Positions 24,796 through 38,632 are shown, counted from the whole stretch's first letter. The stretch: DNA of 63,680 nucleotides, filler included, from Octopus bimaculoides (GCF_001194135.2; 9 parts of 9 records of this genome joined end to end with filler, not necessarily neighbours in it), one strand, 5' to 3'. Made by a program: numbers and translations. Notes: generated from the sequence alone by a model not told the origin.

Positions 24796-25700
24796 TGACT
24801 CCATGCTGCTGATTAGGTCTTTTCTCTTGAATAGCCGTGTTGAGTCGTTCCATCTGTTGAACATAGAGTTCCGCGTTGACCGTTTGGTTCCGTTCAAGCT
24901 ATTCGAAATGGATAATCCCTTCTCAGTCCCACCATACGCACAACATCGTTTTACGTGGATGCAGATCTTGTTTCACGCGTGGTGTCGCTTGTTTACCGGA
25001 GCTAAGACATTCCTTACGGTGCTTCATATTGATGTACAGGCACCATTTTCCGTCGCCAGTTACGATTCGGTAAAGAAATCGTTGCTTGTGTCCATAAGTT
25101 GAACGGTGACGAGCAAGCAAACCAGCAGAGATTGTAGCTCGTTGATTTTTGTTGTTGTCACTTAAAGCATGCGGAACCCATGCTCCATACTTCTGAACCT
25201 TTCCCATCGAGTGAAGATGCTTCTCTATAGCAGCATGGGAGCATTCCATTTTCTCTGTCAGTTCCCTTGTCGTTTGACGAGAATTTTCGTGAAAAAGTTG
25301 GTTTAATCGCTCTCCATCGAACTCAACTGGACGGCCAGAACGAGGTGCGTCTTTGAGGTCAAAATTTCCATTTTTGAACTTGGCATACCAATCACGAGCA
25401 GTTCTTTCAGCTATGGTACCCTCTCCATACACAGCACAAATGACGCGAGCAGCTTTTGCGACCTTAGAACTCTGATAAAAAACAAAAAGAAGGTGTCGAA
25501 AATGCTCGTTTTTCTTAACTTGGCATTCCTTTTTAATGATTTGAAAATAATCAAAAATTAACTAAAATTAACTAGAAAAGAAAATAGATTCCAAAATGAT
25601 TCAAAAATAGAATTCTTGAAAAAAATAGATGCCAAAATTTAAAAACGCAATAAATTCTAAAATTTAACAAAACGGCGGTAACTTAGTTGCCAACCCAATA
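24796..25700 (-). mobile_element. Mariner transposon, 5' two-thirds (TIR + transposase), truncated before the second catalytic D
   Basis: DAPRSGRP, GAWVPHALS, RIVTGDGKW, HPRKTMLCVWWD, TVNAELYVQQMERL; TIR TATTGGGTTGGCAACTAAG at 25700. Confidence 0.92.
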
Positions 25701-26400
25701 TATATGTTTATCTATATTTCACTTCATGCGCATGCTTGCACTTCGTGCACAGGTTTGTGTATGAATATATTTATTATTAAAACCTATAATAGGCGCTTTG
25801 TAGTTCAGTCAATTAGAGTAATAGCCATCAAAAGTTATAAATCCGATACAGTAGATTAGTGTCAGCTGCCTTTAATCTACTCAAATTTGACTGTAGATAT
25901 GTGGGCGTATAACATATTAGTCACATGTTAAACGTTACCAACACGTTGAAGTATTACAAGCCAGTCTACCATGCTAATTACTAAACTAATTATATTTATA
26001 TTCAATACGCATACACACACGCACACACACGCACACACACACACACACACGTACACACACACACGCACACACACACACGCACTCATGTGCACGCATACAC
26101 ACACAGACACACACGTACATATGTGTGTGTATGTGTATATGAATTTGTATATGTTCGTATGAATGTACGCACACATATTATTGACGTCATACGAATTTGA
26201 AAACTTTCAGAACGTGAAATAATTTTTCCTGATATTTTTTTGGAGTGCCAAATCTCGAATAAATAATACTGTGTAAAACGAAATATTTACATGCGATTAT
26301 TTATAGCTATATTTGTTTCGCGATGCACTGTTCCTGAATATACATGCATACATACATACATACATACATACATACATACATACATACATACATACATACT

Positions 26401-27274
26401 CATACCAACATTTGTGCTGCTTGATGAGATCCGAGCCATTGGTGTGAAAACCCGAAAAATACTAACAAGCACACATAATTTCCACATAAACAGTGACGTA
26501 GACAGCCTCTATCTAAAACTAAAACAAGGCGGAAGAAACTTAACATCGATCCAAAATGCCTTTGAATGTCACATCATATCCCTTCGGCAACATCTTTTAA
26601 TAACCAAGTGTCGAAGTGCATTCTTGACCAAGTTTGCATACATGAGGCTAATAGTATCAAAAGACGGAGAAGGCAGCTTCTTGAACAACACTCTTTGTCT
26701 GATAACCTAGAATACATGCCCAAAGAAGTCACACGACTCTACCGCAGAAGACTAAGCATGGATATGTTACGAGAAAGCTCCGTGATGATAGTAACATCGA
26801 TCATCAAAGCAGTTAATCATGGACCAATAGCCGGATTACTACCTCCCACTTTGAAGAGTATGCATTTGCAATCCAGGAACAGGAAATATCAACCAAGTAC
26901 TTGGTACACAAAAGGGATAGAGATGCAGGTAAAGCCGTAAAGTGTGACAACCGATGCAGACTTTGTGGAGTTCATACTGAAGATATCACCTACATCATAA
27001 GCAGTTGTCTGAAAATGTCATCACGGTATTATCTTCCGATAAGACATGATGTTGTAGCTAGGACACTCTATAATGAAATCCGTCGGAAGGATAATCCCGA
27101 GAACAAAGAAATATGAACCCACAATATGGTAGAAGCCATAGCCACTCATAATAATATGGAATACTAGTGGAATGTCCCAGTGAAGACCTCAATAAAATGC
27201 AAGCACAACAGACCTGATATAATGATTTGGGATAGAGAAGAGAAACTGTGCACGGTTATGGAAATTAGCTGTCC
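26401..27274 (+). mobile_element. R4/Dong-like LINE 3' fragment (same family as 3760-4445)
   Basis: GVKTRKILTSTHNFHINSDVDSLYL..GGRNL, CRLCGVHTEDITYIISSC, KHNRPDIMIWD; 5' junction directly in (CATA)n. Confidence 0.88.
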
Positions 27275-27430
27275 TCAAATTGACACCCAAACACCCTGAA
27301 ATGTTCGTATTGGAACTTCCAGTGTGAATGCCAAGCAGTACAGCATGTCGTTTCCAAATTTCTAGCAGAGTGAATTGCGTCATGGTGCTGTCTTTCTCAT
27401 AGACGGTGCCCAACTGACCCTACTATACTG
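27272..27430 (-). mobile_element. Tc1-like transposon 5' fragment
   Basis: MTQFTLLEIWKRHAVLLGIHTGSSNTNISGCLGVNLR is an HTH-like N-terminus; it truncates the LINE at a GTCC microhomology. Confidence 0.55.
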
Positions 27431-27684
27431 TGTAGTCGATTAAATCTAAAACAAACAATGCGCATGCATGCGCGAAATTAGGCATATACAATGGGTAAAT
27501 ATACAATTTACCCATCGCACCCTTTCTCACTTTCCCGAGCGTCAAACTAATTCAGCTGCGTGTTGTTTATACACCTGTCTTCGTCTTTTGTTTTTCTGTA
27601 AATTTCAACTATATATATANNNNNNNNNNNNNNNNNNNNNNNNNNNNNNNNNNNNNNNNNNNNNNNNNNNNNNNNNNNNNNNNN

Positions 27685-27715
<31 letters not shown>

Positions 27716-27972
27716 TGTATGAAGAAAGGGAGAGAGATAGGGAGGGAGAGAGAGAGAGATAAAGTGATATACAAACCTACTGTGTAAGCGCAGGTTTATC
27801 TATACACAGTTACATATACATACAAACACTAATTAAAACACCACAAACTCAATAGCAGCCTTGCGATGAACAGCAGATTCCTGTCACAATTTTATTGACC
27901 GGCTTGGATTTTACCAAAAGCAAATCAATAATGATCTCAAAGACATAACATAGGGATTCATATATATGTAGG

Positions 27973-28395
27973 TACGAAGGGGTACCCAAAAGTAACCGGA
28001 AACGTTCTCTGTGGGATAAGCCCGTAGTGGTTCAGGCTTCATCCGCTAGAAGCCACTTGATGCAACCCCCAGATATCAGTCTGTCGACTGACGCTGTCCA
28101 TCGAGGTCATATTGCAACACGTTGCGTCTGTGTTTTGCAGTGCTTCTCCCATGTTCGTCGATTTTTACGATGGTTGAAACGGAGGAACAGTGTGCTTCCG
28201 TGAAAAAATTCTGTTTTCTGCCGAGGAAAACAGCGGCTGAAGCAGTTGCCACGCTTCAAACTGCCCTCAAGGACGCTGCCATGAACAAAACACAAGTTTA
28301 CGAGTGGTTTTCTCACTTTAGGAAGGGCGGCTTGCCGTTTGAAGACCAGCCTCGTTCAGGGCGACCGTCGACCTTCCGAACGAATGAAAACATCT
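27973..28395 (+). mobile_element. Mariner transposon 5' fragment
   Basis: TACGAAGGGGTACCCAAAAGTAACCGGAA TIR-like start; KTQVYEWFSHFRKG...EDQPRSGRPSTFRTNENI. Confidence 0.85.
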
Positions 28396-28419
28396 AAGGT
28401 CCGTTGTTCTTGTAGGTAT

Positions 28420-28860
28420 ACAGCTGCTTATCTGCCTAATTGTGACTGCAACACAAGGCCATTTCGTATGAGGCAGAAGTCAGGTACAGAGGGCTCAACG
28501 AAAACTTCAGGCTTAAAACGTTATATCGGATTAACGGGGGTATCCATCAAGAAACCACGCAGCATCATTTAGAAGCACATTACACAACCACATACCATCA
28601 TTCAAGAGCTAAAAGGAGCGGAACATCTTGACAAGACATGGTGGCTGGAGAAGCAGGCTGCAAACTGCATTAAGTATGCTAGGAGAAGCGAAAACTTTAT
28701 TCTAACAGTAGATGTGAATTGCACTTAGCGCGGAAGATACAGAAACTTCAGAGCTCCCTCACGTCGAGGATGTACTTAACTACTAAATCTGAAACTTTTA
28801 CACCTTGTTTACAAAGTCAAAAGTACATTCTATATACTGGTTCAACCTACCATATGGGAG
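28420..28860 (+). mobile_element. Penelope-like GIY-YIG fragment, highly degenerate
   Basis: KRYIGLTG motif followed by ASFRS and QELKG..TWWLEKQA, similar in order to the 14340-14560 PLE nuclease. Confidence 0.45.
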
Positions 28861-29180
28861 TCCGTACAAATGCTCCTTCCTCCCTACCACTTTTCGCGAT
28901 CGTTCTTCCATACATTCCTTCATTCCTTCATGCCTTTTTCCCACATCTCCTTAACATTATATTTATCCTTGCCTTTTTCCTATTTCTTTATTATTCTTCC
29001 CTTCTTTCCTTTGGTTGTACCCTTTCTCTATTCTTGTACATTCCCTTCTCTCTCTATCTCTTTCTCTTCTTTACCCTCCTACACTGCCCTCTTTCTCTCT
29101 TAACTTATAACTTAATGACTCTCCTTCCCTCTACATACATAACTCTTTCTCTTTCTGTGTCTTCTGGTTTTACCTGATCT

Positions 29181-29220
29181 AGAATTATTTCCCTAGCACT
29201 AGTGCTAGGGAAATAATTCT
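29181..29220. repeat. Perfect 40-bp palindrome
   Basis: AGAATTATTTCCCTAGCACT-AGTGCTAGGGAAATAATTCT. Confidence 0.95.
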
Positions 29221-29534
29221 TCGCTCATCAACCATGAATGTAAGCGCTTAGCTTAAGTCCTTTGCCCGCAGAGCTTCCTAAGTAACCATATTTCCTTTGT
29301 CCAATCCCAAAACTTGTATATATGACGAGCATAAATTATCGATCTTAAACTTAGTTGTAAAAGCAAATGAGAGTCACAGCTGGAGCTTGAGGAGCAGAAT
29401 TACAAATGTCAAAATTTTTCTGCGAGGCAAAACCCAGCTGCTACTAAGTAATATGGCGCTGAACCAGCTTCACATGGTATAATTTTTGCATTTCTTAGTT
29501 ACTCAGTATGCTAAAACTGCAATACATACCAAAG

Positions 29535-29635
<101 letters not shown>

Positions 29636-30396
29636 GTGCGTACGTTGTTTGCGACAATATAGTCTTCGTAAGAAGCTACAAGATCGCTGGAGCAATGCTT
29701 CTCACCCATTACTCTTTCGTTCGGAGACTACGTCATTAGAGTCTCTGGATGCTGAAGGCCAGTCAAAGTAACAGAAAAAGAAGAATATTCAACCATTAAA
29801 TGACTTTCAATGACTTGATATAAATATCCAGTTGTAAAGAATGAAGAAGTATAAAGATAAGAATTGAATTTCAAAATTCAATAAAAAAAATCTTCTTAGA
29901 ATGATCAAAAACTCTTGACATCATAAGAAAACTAAATTCTAATGTTCTACACCGAGAATACTTAACGAATTTGGTTATAAGTAAATGGAAAACGCGTGTT
30001 GCAGTCTTTGAACAAAACAAAATATAAGTGAAGTAAAAGACTCAAACCAAAATGTAAGTCGAGTAAAAGACCCAATGTGTCATCCATAAATCAATAATAA
30101 ATAAGCCTAAACTTGATCCCTTTTTTCAGATCACGGTGCAGCATGCCCTGACTCCAAAGATTTTTCACACTAATAGTTTCTATTAAAATACAAGTTTATC
30201 AGAGTGAATAATTGTCATGTTGTTTCCTCGACGTACAGAGCTCCAGTTAACGAGAGAAGATGATGGTTGCAAACAGGACACGAACTCTAGAACTGAAACT
30301 ACTTTAGCACTTAGTCAATGTCCTGCTGTTAATAAAAGTTAGTATATCGTTGGAGAAGCTCAATTTTCACAAATACGCCTACCACCGTGTCACTGT

Positions 30397-30427
<31 letters not shown>

Positions 30428-31912
30428 CCTCCCTCTCTCATATATAATACTCTTTACTTCAGTACACCAAAACTTTTCTAAAGCACTAAAATTACTTAGC
30501 ATAAAAAATTAACTTTGGAATGGTCTGAGAAATACAAATTTTATGTTATAAATTACGTGTGAAATCTGCTTTAGCAATATTTCTTTATAATTTTTTTCTT
30601 AAGAACTTCTGGTATTGCTTTACTGAGGTCACTATTCAAAGAACCTTAACAAAAAACCTACTTAAACATCTGCAGAAACTTGCTATCAAATTCTTATAAC
30701 AAGAATACTTCGAAAAAAATAATGCAGTTAAACTTTAAGTTTCATAATTATAATAATGTGTTTAACATAAGGGAGCGTCGTTGGAGAAAGCTTAATTAAT
30801 TTGACATTGATAAACAGATCAAAACTATTTTGCGAGTTGTTTCGTCCTTTTCACAAAGTTTCAGAAGGAAAATAATATTGTTAAATGGCAATATACAGCT
30901 TCCTTTTTCTTCAGATGATATATGAATTTCAAATAATATAATCTAGATTTAAGAAAAAATATTAAGATATATATAGTTTTCCATAAAGGAAAAAAGTTTT
31001 TGCACTAGAAGAGGAAATATGATGTTTAAATGATTATGCCTTCCCCCAGCTGACGTTTCTCTCGCTAACTATAACCCTAGTTCAGAAAAATTTAGCAGGT
31101 AAAAGCTACATAATCTAGCCCCGTTGATTTCCATAATTCTTTGTTTATAGTCTTCAAAAGATACTGATGAAGACCGTTGGGAGCACTCCAGGCACAAGCT
31201 GCAGAAGCTGTCCGAAGTCCTCTAATATATCACACACTTCGGCTTTTTCAACATTCGATGACACAGAAGTCGTGGATTGTCAAATCCCCGATGTTTTCAA
31301 TGATGGACACTCTTTCGGCGAGACTGTTGCGACTATTATGATAGATCTTAGTTTTACAGACGTAACATAATGAATTGAAAAGAAGTGTCTATCAATTGAG
31401 ATTATCCTAGCATTTAGTAGTTAAAAATTCTCCTTAGATGTGTTTAAAATCTAAACTCTAATAAGATTTGCGTGGTAACCCCTCGGTGGTCAGTTAGTGT
31501 AAAAAAAAAAGGCAATCATATATATGGCGAGATTAGACGTTTAAAGTTTAAAAGCGTTGAACTCAGAAGATGCATAGAATATAAATATTTAATATCATCA
31601 TGCTTAGATATTATGAAGTTGATAGAAGTAAACTTGTAGAGCGCTATTTTACTTTTACTAGAAATCGTCAGAGGTGAAATCATCCAAGGTGAAGCGAGAC
31701 GTTTCATAAAGATCGAAAATAATTAATCACAAAGACATCCATTGAATTTTTTCTCCACGGTAACGGCAGTGAATTTGTCTTCAGAAGTTGAAATATATCA
31801 CAAACATATTTTAACTAACCTACACACACACACACACACATTTACACGTATATACTTAGGGGAGATGAAAGAAGCTAAAGTCTACTTGGCATCAGCCAGT
31901 GTATGCTTCTTG

Positions 31913-31952
<40 letters not shown>

Positions 31953-31953
31953 A

Positions 31954-32015
<62 letters not shown>

Positions 32016-32426
32016 CTCCCTCTCCCTCTCTCTCTCTCTCCTCTTTCTCTCGCACTTTCGTACACAAAATGATAACATGAATGCGTTTTGTGTCATATGG
32101 TGGTTAAACTCCACTTTTTCAACATTGAACATGCACAACCGATGCAAGGAAATGTTTTAGTATGAGAGAAGTTTCTTGCATGATATTCATTACTCTCTCT
32201 TTTCTCTATCCGTTGTTTGTCTTATTGTCTTCATGGGATTTTGAATTCGTAATTGATGTCACTCTATTTCCGATTCATAAAGAAACAAAAAATGTTTACA
32301 TATAGAACTATCTGTAATTCTATTCAAACCAAGAAAGTTACTTGGCTTGTTGGAAAAACAGCCAAATTCCCCGAAATCACTTTTTAAGCATCTTAAATAT
32401 AGAAACAACATATTAGTTAATATGCG

Positions 32427-32650
32427 GAGGCGCATGACTTGGTGGTTAGGGTGTTGAAATCATGAACGTAAGATTGTTGTTTCGATTCCTGGACGACGCG
32501 TTGTTTTCTTGAGCAAAACGTTTCATTTCACGTTGCTCCAAATGTGTAATCCTGCGACAGACCAGCGTCCCGTCCAAGTGGGGAATATATATGCCACGGA
32601 AACCAGAGAACCGGCCCTATGAGTCTATTTGACTCGGGAATGATCTTTAA
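32427..32650 (+). mobile_element. tRNA-derived CORE-like SINE (family E)
   Basis: GGCGCATGACTTGGTGGTTAGGG A-box, GTTTCGATTCC B-box, CTTGAGCAAAAC core. Confidence 0.7.
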
Positions 32651-32907
32651 CACCCACCTTTTTTTTTATCTATTAGATAATACAACTCTAAAAAGATGCA
32701 ATGGTCGAAGTAATGATCTGTTTGAATGTAAGTCCTGCTCAATAAGGGATAACTGGGACTAAACAAGGAAAAGACAAAAATAACTAAATTCTAGAAATTG
32801 CTCAATTCGAGGCTATGGTAGAAAATTGCTCAAGGTGCCACGTGTTTGCGAAGCGAATTTCTTGACTACAGAATGCTCTCATATTTATGTGCGTTTACTT
32901 GAGAGTC

Positions 32908-32982
<75 letters not shown>

Positions 32983-33307
32983 GTACGCGCGTGTGTACGC
33001 GCGTGTGTACGCACATGTGTGTGTGTTTTGTTCGGCCTCGTAGAATTATTTATCTGACTACAGACCTGTTATAGTCTATTTTATAGCGTACCTAATTGAT
33101 ATGATCTCTACGTTAGAATAATAGAATGGCTGAAATTGCCAATAATTAGTTCTTATCACGCACATGAAACATGCACACTTACACATACACATGCAAACAC
33201 ACACACACACCTCTTTTTCTCTCACTCCCTCTTTCTTTCCCCCACCCCTTCTCTGTTTTTCTCTACTCAACCATGTAATGTATTCAATGTTCTTATTGTT
33301 TAGATTC

Positions 33308-33434
33308 ATTTTCTTCTTCTTCTTCTTCTTCTTCTTCTTCTTCTTCTTCTTCTTCTTCTTCTTCTTCTTCTTCTTCTTCTTCCATTACCACAACTACCAC
33401 CACCACCACCACCATCACCAACACCACCACCACC

Positions 33435-33480
<46 letters not shown>

Positions 33481-33498
33481 ATAATAATAATAATAATG

Positions 33499-33577
<79 letters not shown>

Positions 33578-33578
33578 C
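33308..33578. repeat. Compound trinucleotide array (TTC)n(CAC/TAC)n(TAA)n(TGA)n
   Basis: Direct reading. Confidence 0.95.
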
Positions 33579-36054
33579 TTCATTTATTTGCCACAAGGGC
33601 GAAGGATGAAAATGCCAATACACATTTCTTTCTTCACTTCTGTCTTCCTCTTCTGGTTCTTTCTCTTTTCACCACTTTCTTTTTCTTATATCCCTTCTGT
33701 TTTTTCTACTTCTTTTCCAACCTTTTCTCTCCAGCTCATACATCCTAGCTAATTAACCATGTTTATTTCAACCTCACATTATCGTTATATGCGACTCAGG
33801 CTTAATCTAATTAACTCTTTCATTTTAGTTGATCTGAAACCTGAACGCTCCTCATTTTCGTGTCAGCATTTAAAAGAAGCTATAGATTTGAAATTAATCT
33901 TGTTAATTTTCCTTCAACCACTTGAAGTTATACAAATTTTCACCAGATTACTTTCAAAAGAGAAGGAATCGGTAAAGAGAAAAAGTTCGTAACGAATTCT
34001 TTCTCCATCACCAAATTTTGTTGACAATTTTGTCGTAAGAAAAGAGAAAATACTTTTAATTTTAGTGGTGTCCCGTAAGTGTTTTAAGGGTTTTGAATTT
34101 GAGAAAAGTTCTACGTCTGTAGAGACTGACATTACTTTAAATGTTTTGAATAATATTCAATAAGTGGTAAGTAATTGGACCTTCCTCAAGCAAGGAAATA
34201 AGCGATACTGCGGCTCAATGTTTGGTTCTTTTGAGATTTGAGACTTTGTGGTGGATATGAAGGATGATTTGGTTGCTATTTCGAGCAGGTCGAGAAACCT
34301 GTAACGCTTCATGTTTGCTGATCTACCTGCCAAAGAAGACCAGCATAGATGATAATGTCATCAACGGGCGTTTTCGATTGGCTAAAATTATATAAATTTA
34401 AATGTTTACAGATTTTTCTATTATTCATTTCTAGAAAAAATGAATGCGATTTTCGTCTTCAGGACGGAAAACTACATCAGAAATATAGTTTTTGAAAATA
34501 ATCTGATAATAGTTTGAAAAACTCGAAATGACTGGAAGAAATTTAGCAAGATCCAATCTTCTAGTATTCATACACTACTGAACATAAATGGAATTTAAGA
34601 AAGTTTGGATGATATGGGTACTGCTATTTTGTTCGAACAGATACTCGAATTAACGAATGCTTCTTGTCATAAAGAATGTGTTGGTAGAATTTAGGAGAGA
34701 GCACAGTGAATTCTAAGTACTTTCTAAATATATATTGCTTATGTCAGCATTTAGAAGAATGCTGCACATCAGCAGATACGCTTTACATTATTTGTATATG
34801 TCTCTCAGCCCAGCTATTCCAATTCGCATCGAGGTGACTCGAGTCCACGATGCCGGTGAACTGAAATAACAGCAAAATAGCAACACCCATCGTTCTCGTT
34901 CACTTACGGGGCGATTTGTCTCACCTGGTTCGAGGTACTCAGTGCTTTTAAACACTCCGCATCATAAAGGGACGTTCTCCCTAATGCAGTCCTACAGTTG
35001 ATAAACGCATAAACAAAATTTACACATTATGTGACATCGGTAATGTATACATAATTAGAGTTGCTTATAATTCCAAATTTTATCTATCTATCTATCTATC
35101 TATATATATATATANNNNNNNNNNNNNNNNNNNNNNNNNNNNNNNNNNNNNNNNNNNNNNNNNNNNNNNNNNNNNNNNNNNNNNNNNNNNNNNNNNNNNN
35201 NNNNNNNNNNNNNNNNNNNNNNNNNNNNNNNNNNNNNNNNNNNNNNNNNNNNNNNNNNNNNNNNNNNNNNNNNNNNNNNNNNNNNNNNNNNNNNNNNNNN
35301 NNNNNNNNNNNNNNNNNNNNNNNNNNNNNNNNNNNNNNNNNNNNNNNNNNNNNNNNNNNNNNNNNNNNNNNNNNNNNNNNNNNNNNNNNNNNNNNNNNNN
35401 NNNNNNNNNNNNNNNNNNNNNNNNNNNNNNNNNNNNNNNNNNNNNNNNNNNNNNNNNNNNNNNNNNNNNNNNNNNNNNNNNNNNNNNNNNNNNNNNNNNN
35501 NNNNNNNNNNNNNNNNNNNNNNNNNNNNNNNNNNNNNNNNNNNNNNNNNNNNNNNNNNNNNNNNNNNNNNNNNNNNNNNNNNNNNNNNNNNNNNNNNNNN
35601 NNNNNNNNNNNNNNNNNNNNNNNNNNNNNNNNNNNNNNNNNNNNNNNNNNNNNNNNNNNNNNNNNNNNNNNNNNNNNNNNNNNNNNNNNNNNNNNNNNNN
35701 NNNNNNNNNNNNNNNNNNNNNNNNNNNNNNNNNNNNNNNNNNNNNNNNNNNNNNNNNNNNNNNNNNNNNNNNNNNNNNNNNNNNNNNNNNNNNNNNNNNN
35801 NNNNNNNNNNNNNNNNNNNNNNNNNNNNNNNNNNNNNNNNNNNNNNNNNNNNNNNNNNNNNNNNNNNNNNNNNNNNNNNNNNNNNNNNNNNNNNNNNNNN
35901 NNNNNNNNNNNNNNNNNNNNNNNNNNNNNNNNNNNNNNNNNNNNNNNNNNNNNNNNNNNNNNNNNNNNNNNNNNNNNNNNNNNNNNNNNNNNNNNNNNNN
36001 NNNNNNNNNNNNNNNNNNNNNNATATATATATATATATATATATATACATACAT

Positions 36055-36230
36055 GGTGGTTGTCTACTTAAACAGAGTTTGACCACCTCCTGCACCTACA
36101 CCTTAGCCCTTTCATGGCGTCTGATGTGGCTTTTTAAACCAGACAGTGTTTTGAAAAAACACCCACACAGATTGCACCTCTGATTTGCACTACCAATACC
36201 TGCAAGTAAGAGCATTTGATGTAAGAGCAT
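36055..36230 (-). mobile_element. Probable LINE (RTE-like) 3' stub ending in a C2H2 zinc finger
   Basis: Minus strand 36176-36096 reads CNLCGCFFKTLSGLKSHIRRHERAKV-stop, followed by a short UTR running into microsatellite; RTE assignment is inference. Confidence 0.5.
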
Positions 36231-36493
36231 TTGGACTGCTACTTCTAGCAAGCAAAGCGACTGTGAGAAGTTTCAAACGCTTTACAAGAGTTATCACCCT
36301 TAGCTATAATAATAAGCAGAAGGTTATGTGTCAAAAAATTGACCAAAGCTTTTCGAATTTAATACTAAAACTTTGAGATGTTACCTCTGTTACCTACAAT
36401 AATAAATGCGACATTCTGTCTGTCAACCAGGATTGTTCATCCTGCCGTCTTACAATGTTTTCCGAATGTCACAATGATACAAAATTTTCCAAA

Positions 36494-36837
36494 TGTGATA
36501 TTCTGTGATATAAATCTGAGATGGTAAGATACCAATAGATGCTTTATTATTATTGCCCCCTTCGTTTTGGAGACCGAAGACCTAATTAGCCCTCCGCAGG
36601 AGCTAGCTTATTGCTGCCAGGAGCGGACCTTGGTTATCGCTCTGGTGACCAGGTACTCGCGACTAAGAATGAGCCAAGCAGCTCGAAACTGAGTTAGTCT
36701 CGCGATCCTGTTGTCTGCTAAAGGATGGTAAGGGTTCGCTCCCCCTGTTAGCAATATATATTGTATATAAAGGGGTGCAGCGTCGCACAGATAACCAGCT
36801 GGCGGAAGATTTGCTTGGGGTTAAACTAGTAGTAACA
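36494..36837 (-). mobile_element. Candidate solo LTR
   Basis: Minus strand begins TGTTAC, has TATATA and AATAAA, and ends ATCACA; GC-richer than its flanks; no target-site duplication seen. Confidence 0.35.
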
Positions 36838-36889
36838 TGGAACTGCCACTTTGATGTAGCGATTGACTTTACTGATATATATATATAGG

Positions 36890-37078
36890 GGGAGAATTCA
36901 CAAAAACAAAAGCCGAAGACAGGTGGTGTAGACAGCAAACAGATGTATTAGTTTAACGCTCGGGAAGTGAAAAAGTCTTCAACGTTTCGAGCCTACGCTC
37001 ATCCATAGAAAGGAACACAGAAAGAAACAAGGAGAGAAAATAAAGAATGTCTAGCGGCTAGCGATCTATCATGGCGAA
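36890..37078 (-). mobile_element. Probable Penelope terminal remnant with a hammerhead-like motif
   Basis: Minus strand CTTT-CTATGGATGA-GCGTAGGCTC-GAAACGTT-GAAG; PLE assignment is inference. Confidence 0.4.
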
Positions 37079-37717
37079 TAGATAGATAGATAGATAGATA
37101 TGTATACGATTTTTGTCAGTTCGACATTCCACTCACTCTCTAGAGTCGATTCTTCTGCAACATTTTCTTCTTGAATAGAACAATGGAAGCAAAAACATCA
37201 CCACTACTCCATTGCTATTACTGTTACCCTTACATTCTTGTAAATATTTTCCATATGCAGGAATAACTGCTTGCCTGACATATTTTCAAGTATTCTAATA
37301 CAAAGGGAAAATAGTGTCTTTTCTTTTTCTGATTGAACAAATCTCAAATGCACCCATGTTTAGAATCTTCAGTTTCATATTTCAGCATGTGTATTCACCT
37401 CAATAACCATCGTCATAAACCATATCAGTGAAAACCGAAAAAATATTTTACTGAAAAGGAAAATGCCTCTTTCAGCAACAAGACTGTTGTACTCTGTCTC
37501 TAATCTTCACCCAAATACTTTTAGTTTCTTTTACTTTTGATTCAAAGAATGATCGAAACAAAGCATATAAGAAATTTAAGTGTGGAGCAAACACGAAAAT
37601 AGATTACTACTTAACTTACGAAAATGGATTAAACTTAACTTACAGTTGAGATTCAAACATTGGATAGAATTTACAAAATAAAATACTTTACGATTTCCGG
37701 ACAGAATTAAGTTTACC

Positions 37718-38005
37718 AGGCGTGAGTGTGTGGTAAGAAGCTTGTTTCCTAACCACATAGTTCTGGGTTCAGTCCGCTTATGTGGCAACTGCCCTCTACT
37801 ATAGTCTGCGTTTGTACCCCACTACCGCTTGACAACCGGTGTTGGTGTTTACGTCCTCGTAACTTAGCAGTTTTGCAAAAGACTCAATAGAATAAGTACC
37901 AAGCTTAACAAAAAATAAGCACGGGGATCGATTCGTTCGAATAAAAGTTCTTCAAGGTAGTGTCCCAGCACGTCTGCAGTCTAATGATTGAAACAAGTAA
38001 AAGAA
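37718..38005 (+). mobile_element. SINE family B lacking the internal microsatellite
   Basis: GTGTGTGGTAAGAAGCTTG head joined via CTACTATAGTC directly to the 3' half CGCTTGACAACCGGTG...GATTGAAACAAGTAAAAG. Confidence 0.75.
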
Positions 38006-38574
38006 AAAAATAACTTAGGAGTAGGTTATAAAAGGTTAAAATTTGTGAATAATTTCACGAACGAATATGAAAGGAGTCTTAATATGCTAAATATACATTA
38101 CTATTTTACCAAGACTTCACGTTAAATGCTAAATGAAATGATGTGGTTCAAAGTTAGTTTTATATAATTGTTACTTATCCATACCCGTTTGGGCATGCTC
38201 ATGATAAAACTTCAGATACATACATACATACATACATACATATAGATTTACAAACACACACACTTACACTCGCACACACGCATCCCCACACGCCACATAT
38301 GTATTCGAGTGTGTGGTCTATTTATAAGAGGGCTTGCTCAGATACATGTAGAGTTATGAGTTGCGATGAGCATAAAAGTAGTACCAAATAACCTACACAA
38401 GTCACAATGCGAAAAATACATTTATTTATGTGGGCATTTGTAATTATCGATACACACACATATACATACATATAAACATGTATATATGTATGTATGTATA
38501 TACATATGTATATACATATGTATATATGTCTATATATGCATATATGTATATATATGTATATGCATACATACACG

Positions 38575-38632
<58 letters not shown>

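Noticed and set aside
29640-29771. Protein-like frame LRKKLQDRWSNASHPLLFRSETTSLESLDAEGQSK-stop
   Set aside because: No recognisable domain and no clear splice acceptor; cannot be supported without RNA or homology data
31164-31222. CTGATGA...GTCCGAAGTC hammerhead-like string
   Set aside because: GAAA is missing and no stem I pairing is found
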